Of a stretch of 28,035 bases of DNA, positions 25,433 through 28,035 are shown piece by piece; the first letter of the stretch is position 1, and each line of letters opens with the position of its first letter. The stretch covers positions 1-28,035 of IMG/VR virus record IMGVR_UViG_3300037473_000073; one strand, written 5' to 3'. Below the pieces are notes generated by a model. The model worked only from the letters and a program-made list of their open reading frames with translations, made no database searches and was not told the DNA's origin. This stretch comes from a virus. Its lineage: Duplodnaviria > Caudoviricetes. The translations under genes were made by a program, and so were the position numbers.

Positions 25433-25880
25433 GGCGCACCCCACTAGCAGAGAGGATGAGATGAGCGAATTCGACCAGCCAATCATCCGTTGTTTCGTGA
25501 TACATGGTGGGCAGATTCTTGGCGCAAATGTCGATGATCTGCTCATCGGTCATCTGCACTACTGCCGGAGCGGGAGAGGTAGCGGCGCGTACCAGATCCG
25601 AATATTTCAGCGCGTACATCTGCATGCCGAGCCGATCCCACAGCGGCCCCAGCTTGTCGTGCGTCATGACTGGGAATTCCAGCGGCGGGAACGGTACGCC
25701 TTCAGTCGGTATCGCTGCTTGTGGTGCTGGTGCGCGGCTAACGGCCTCATCCCATTCTTTTTGGCACTTCGATAGCCCTGCACAGACTTCAGGCGTAAGT
25801 ACCAAGCCTGCTTGCTGCGCTAGATTGAAAGCTGTGTTGGCCAGCTTTGCGCCGGCTGCGATAAGTTCTTTGTTGTCCAT
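25425..25880 (-). CDS. hypothetical mosaic accessory protein
   Basis: Start re-called to MDNKELIA (TAAGGA upstream); FPPL...MQMYA and MTDEQI...VEFAHLI modules. Confidence 0.7.
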   Translation of the reverse strand: MDNKELIAAGAKLANTAFNLAQQAGLVLTPEVCAGLSKCQKEWDEAVSRAPAPQAAIPTEGVPFPPLEFPVMTHDKLGPLWDRLGMQMYALKYSDLVRAATSPAPAVVQMTDEQIIDICAKNLPTMYHETTDDWLVEFAHLILSASGVRHE

Positions 25881-25888
25881 GTCATTCC

Positions 25889-26158
25889 TTAGTATTTGAC
25901 GCCGCAAAACGGACAGAAGGTGAAGATCATGTTTTGCGTGATCTTCTTCAACTTAGTGCCGCCTTTCTTAAGCGGGTACAGGGCCGATGCTGCGGCGGTC
26001 ATATAGCCAGCCTGTCGTAGCCCGTTATCCTCGATCAGCAGCGTGTAACCCTGGAGCGACACGCCGTGCTCCGTGGCTTCTGGGCTGTTTTCTTTGAAGC
26101 GCTCCAGCAGCTTCGCTTCCAGATCGGCCTTGCAATTGCATTTCTTGTCGTCGCTCAT
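25889..26158 (-). CDS. small Cys-containing (zinc-binding) protein
   Basis: CNC...FCPFCGVKY; AAGGA upstream. Confidence 0.75.
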   Translation of the reverse strand: MSDDKKCNCKADLEAKLLERFKENSPEATEHGVSLQGYTLLIEDNGLRQAGYMTAAASALYPLKKGGTKLKKITQNMIFTFCPFCGVKY

Positions 26159-26161
26159 CGC

Positions 26162-26485
26162 TTATTCTTCCTTCTTAGATGGTTGGGTGGCGGCCATAGC
26201 AGGCACATCAGGAGCGCGCTCACCGATGATCGCAACCAGATTTGCACGCGCTTCTTGCCATGCTTTGTAACGCTCGGTCATGGCCGCTCCTCTAGCATCC
26301 ATAAATTCGGCGTGCGTGCTGGCGTATTCGCCAATAGCATCCCAAAGCTTGCCGTTGCTCTGAATCGAGCGCCAGAAGCGTTTAAGAACCGCGCCTTCTG
26401 TTGGGCAGCCGTCTGCCTCTTTTGCGGGGCCTTCCGGCTCGCCCTTGTGATTGAAATTGCCGTTGATGATGTTCTTGTCGGTCAT
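26162..26485 (-). CDS. hypothetical protein, 107 aa
   Basis: GGGGA RBS; packed in operon. Confidence 0.7.
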   Translation of the reverse strand: MTDKNIINGNFNHKGEPEGPAKEADGCPTEGAVLKRFWRSIQSNGKLWDAIGEYASTHAEFMDARGAAMTERYKAWQEARANLVAIIGERAPDVPAMAATQPSKKEE

Positions 26486-26502
26486 GACTTATCCCCGGCG
26501 CG

Positions 26503-26781
26503 TTAGCGGTACTGGACTTTGTCCAGATGCTTTTTGACGATGCGGATTACTTCTTGCGCGCTGCCGTACAGGCCCAGTTGCGTGCAGGGAGCGCCAAAGC
26601 GCGCCGGGCCGATCCAGCGGATTGCGTAGTGCTTGCGTGCGAAGCCATCTTTTCCGCGCTGGCCTGGCTCTGGATTGCCCTGATCGCAGCTGGGCGAGAA
26701 GATAGCGGCACGGCACAGGCCAGTGCCCAGCACAAGCAAAGGCGTCGATTGATCGTTGAATTTTCCAAAAGTGCGGCGCAT
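26503..26781 (-). CDS. hypothetical protein, 92 aa
   Basis: AGGTGA RBS; fills gap in the minus-strand operon. Confidence 0.6.
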   Translation of the reverse strand: MRRTFGKFNDQSTPLLVLGTGLCRAAIFSPSCDQGNPEPGQRGKDGFARKHYAIRWIGPARFGAPCTQLGLYGSAQEVIRIVKKHLDKVQYR

Positions 26782-26799
26782 GAAATCACCTGTAAGTGG

Positions 26800-27246
26800 T
26801 TAGTTATTCGGTTTGGTCTGTTCTGCTGCTTGAGGGGCGGCGACAGGCTCTTTTTCAGCAAGAGTTATCAATACCTGTTCTGCGTCTTTGCATCGGTCAA
26901 GAAGACCATTTACGCCGTGATGATGACAATGATTGCAGTACAATTCCCGCGCCACGGAAGCCGCTTCCAGCAATCCACCCCGACGCCCGTACGCATATCC
27001 CTTGTTTTCAGCTTCCAGAAGTTCATCTTCCGGCACTCCCCCTGCTGCTTTGAGTGCGGAGACTTGCGCTTCAAGGTCGGCAATGCGGGCAGCGCTCTTA
27101 GCTTCTGCTGCATCTTGCATAGCGATGAATGCTTTCAGCGCATCTTCAGGATTGCGAGCAAAGAATTCGAAGTATTCGCACTTGGCGAACTCGCGGATCA
27201 GGGCCGAGGCGTCAGCTACTTTTTCGCTGTACATGTCGATGCTCAT
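26800..27246 (-). CDS. hypothetical accessory protein, 148 aa
   Basis: AAGGAG RBS, ATGA coupling; ARIADLEAQV coiled coil, GLLEAASVA motif. Confidence 0.75.
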   Translation of the reverse strand: MSIDMYSEKVADASALIREFAKCEYFEFFARNPEDALKAFIAMQDAAEAKSAARIADLEAQVSALKAAGGVPEDELLEAENKGYAYGRRGGLLEAASVARELYCNHCHHHGVNGLLDRCKDAEQVLITLAEKEPVAAPQAAEQTKPNN

Positions 27247-27407
27247 TTGGATTGCTCCTTTTGTGCAGCTCGCAAAGCTTTGTACCAGTCCTTGCGGTAA
27301 ATACCATTAAGGACAACGCCCGTCTTCTTAGCGGCATCCTTTACAGACATGCCGCCTTCAATCAATTTTTGCGCTTTATCCATCGCCGCGCTTTGCCTAC
27401 CAGTCAT
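27243..27407 (-). CDS. small helix-turn-helix protein, 54 aa
   Basis: AAGGAGG RBS; MTGRQSAAMDKAQKLIEGGMSVKDAAKKTGVVLNGIYRKDW; first gene after promoter; not in ORF track. Confidence 0.8.
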   Translation of the reverse strand: MTGRQSAAMDKAQKLIEGGMSVKDAAKKTGVVLNGIYRKDWYKALRAAQKEQSK

Positions 27408-27437
27408 CACATCCTCCTTCTGTTGTGTATGTAATGA

Positions 27438-27466
27438 ATCATATCATGCATATGTAAGCAATGCAA
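27438..27466 (-). promoter_or_regulatory. sigma70-type promoter of the accessory operon
   Basis: TTGCAT-17 nt-TATGAT with TGn extension, AT-rich, directly after a terminator. Confidence 0.8.
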
Positions 27467-27477
27467 GCACAGAATGC

Positions 27478-27505
27478 AAAAATAAAGCCGCCACTAGGAC
27501 GGCTT
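27478..27505 (-). terminator. intrinsic terminator
   Basis: AAGCCGTC-CTAGT-GGCGGCTT followed by TATTTTT on the minus strand. Confidence 0.8.
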
Positions 27506-27510
27506 GTTGC

Positions 27511-27804
27511 TCACTTTGGCCAAGCCTTAGGCTTTAATTCGGCTTTTTGCGCTGCCAACTCGTTAATCTGATTAGCGCATTGCTGAATCTGATCTATCGT
27601 TGCCCGTGCATCCTTCAGAAGTCCAGAGATATCGCATGGCTCGCCATCTTCAGGTTGCATCAGTCGAAGAATCTGTGAGCCAGCAGAGCTAAGCTGACCG
27701 GTGAGAATTTGCAGGCGCTTGAGTTGATCTTCGTGGACAGCCCGGATTGTTGAATACTGGCCCCGTGCGATGATTATCTCTTGTGGGATGGTAGATATGT
27801 CCAT
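27511..27804 (-). CDS. hypothetical coiled-coil protein, 97 aa
   Basis: Helical heptad pattern; between SSB-like gene and terminator. Confidence 0.75.
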   Translation of the reverse strand: MDISTIPQEIIIARGQYSTIRAVHEDQLKRLQILTGQLSSAGSQILRLMQPEDGEPCDISGLLKDARATIDQIQQCANQINELAAQKAELKPKAWPK

Positions 27805-27806
27805 GG

Positions 27807-28034
27807 TCAGATAGCCAGAAGTTGCTTACCACGGAATGGTGGAGCAAAAGGTATGTCATCGTCAAAGTCTGCAGGAGGTGGGCCGCCAGCCCCACGCGGG
27901 GCATGGTTAGCCGTCGATGCTTTTTTCTTCAGAGGTTTATCAGCCAACATGACGATGACCTTGCCAAGCTGCTCAGGCTTGGTCTTTTTCGATAGGATTT
28001 CTGATGCCATCAGTTCCGTGCCGGCCTGGAAGAT
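27807..28034 (-). CDS. 3' end of a putative phage single-stranded DNA-binding protein (partial)
   Basis: Frame open to the window edge (IFQAGTELMASEIL...); Gly/Pro linker then DFDDDIPF acidic tip. Confidence 0.7.
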   Translation of the reverse strand: MFQAGTELMASEILSKKTKPEQLGKVIVMLADKPLKKKASTANHAPRGAGGPPPADFDDDIPFAPPFRGKQLLAI

Positions 28035-28035
28035 A

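Noticed and set aside
23349-27434. Several long plus-strand ORFs (205, 263, 257 aa etc.)
   Set aside because: Shadows of a tightly packed minus-strand operon that has RBSs, coupling and a promoter
1-28035. tRNA, CRISPR array, integrase/att site, IS element
   Set aside because: None recognised by eye; intergenic gaps are short and explained by RBSs and terminators. tRNAscan/Infernal were not run

Overview
A 28 kb piece of a tailed dsDNA phage or prophage with a P22/T7-like short-tail (podovirus) gene order; a Gram-negative host is inferred from the lipoprotein and GH108 lysin. The + strand (1-21424) is a late operon: small beta-rich proteins upstream of terminase large subunit (one has a signal peptide), portal, Zn-ribbon protein, scaffold, major capsid, two decoration-like proteins, head-tail adaptor, nozzle-like protein with six inserted repeats, GNAT, three ejection proteins, tail fibre with a C1q-like tip, a chaperone-like protein and a complex lysis region. 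The - strand (21451-28035) holds a lipoprotein, a double-domain HNH/AP2 endonuclease, a mosaic run of small accessory genes (Lar-like/DUF551, Zn fingers) behind a clear sigma70 promoter and small HTH gene, and the 3' end of an SSB-like gene. Most notable: (1) a lysis region without recognisable spanins containing an unlisted 33-aa peptide coupled to a 4-TM protein, an overprinted 42-aa cationic membrane peptide and two holin-like genes; (2) nested, bracket-like topology of the nozzle repeats; (3) a signal-peptide-bearing fibre-like protein coupled to TerL. All family calls come from motif recognition by eye, not database searches.
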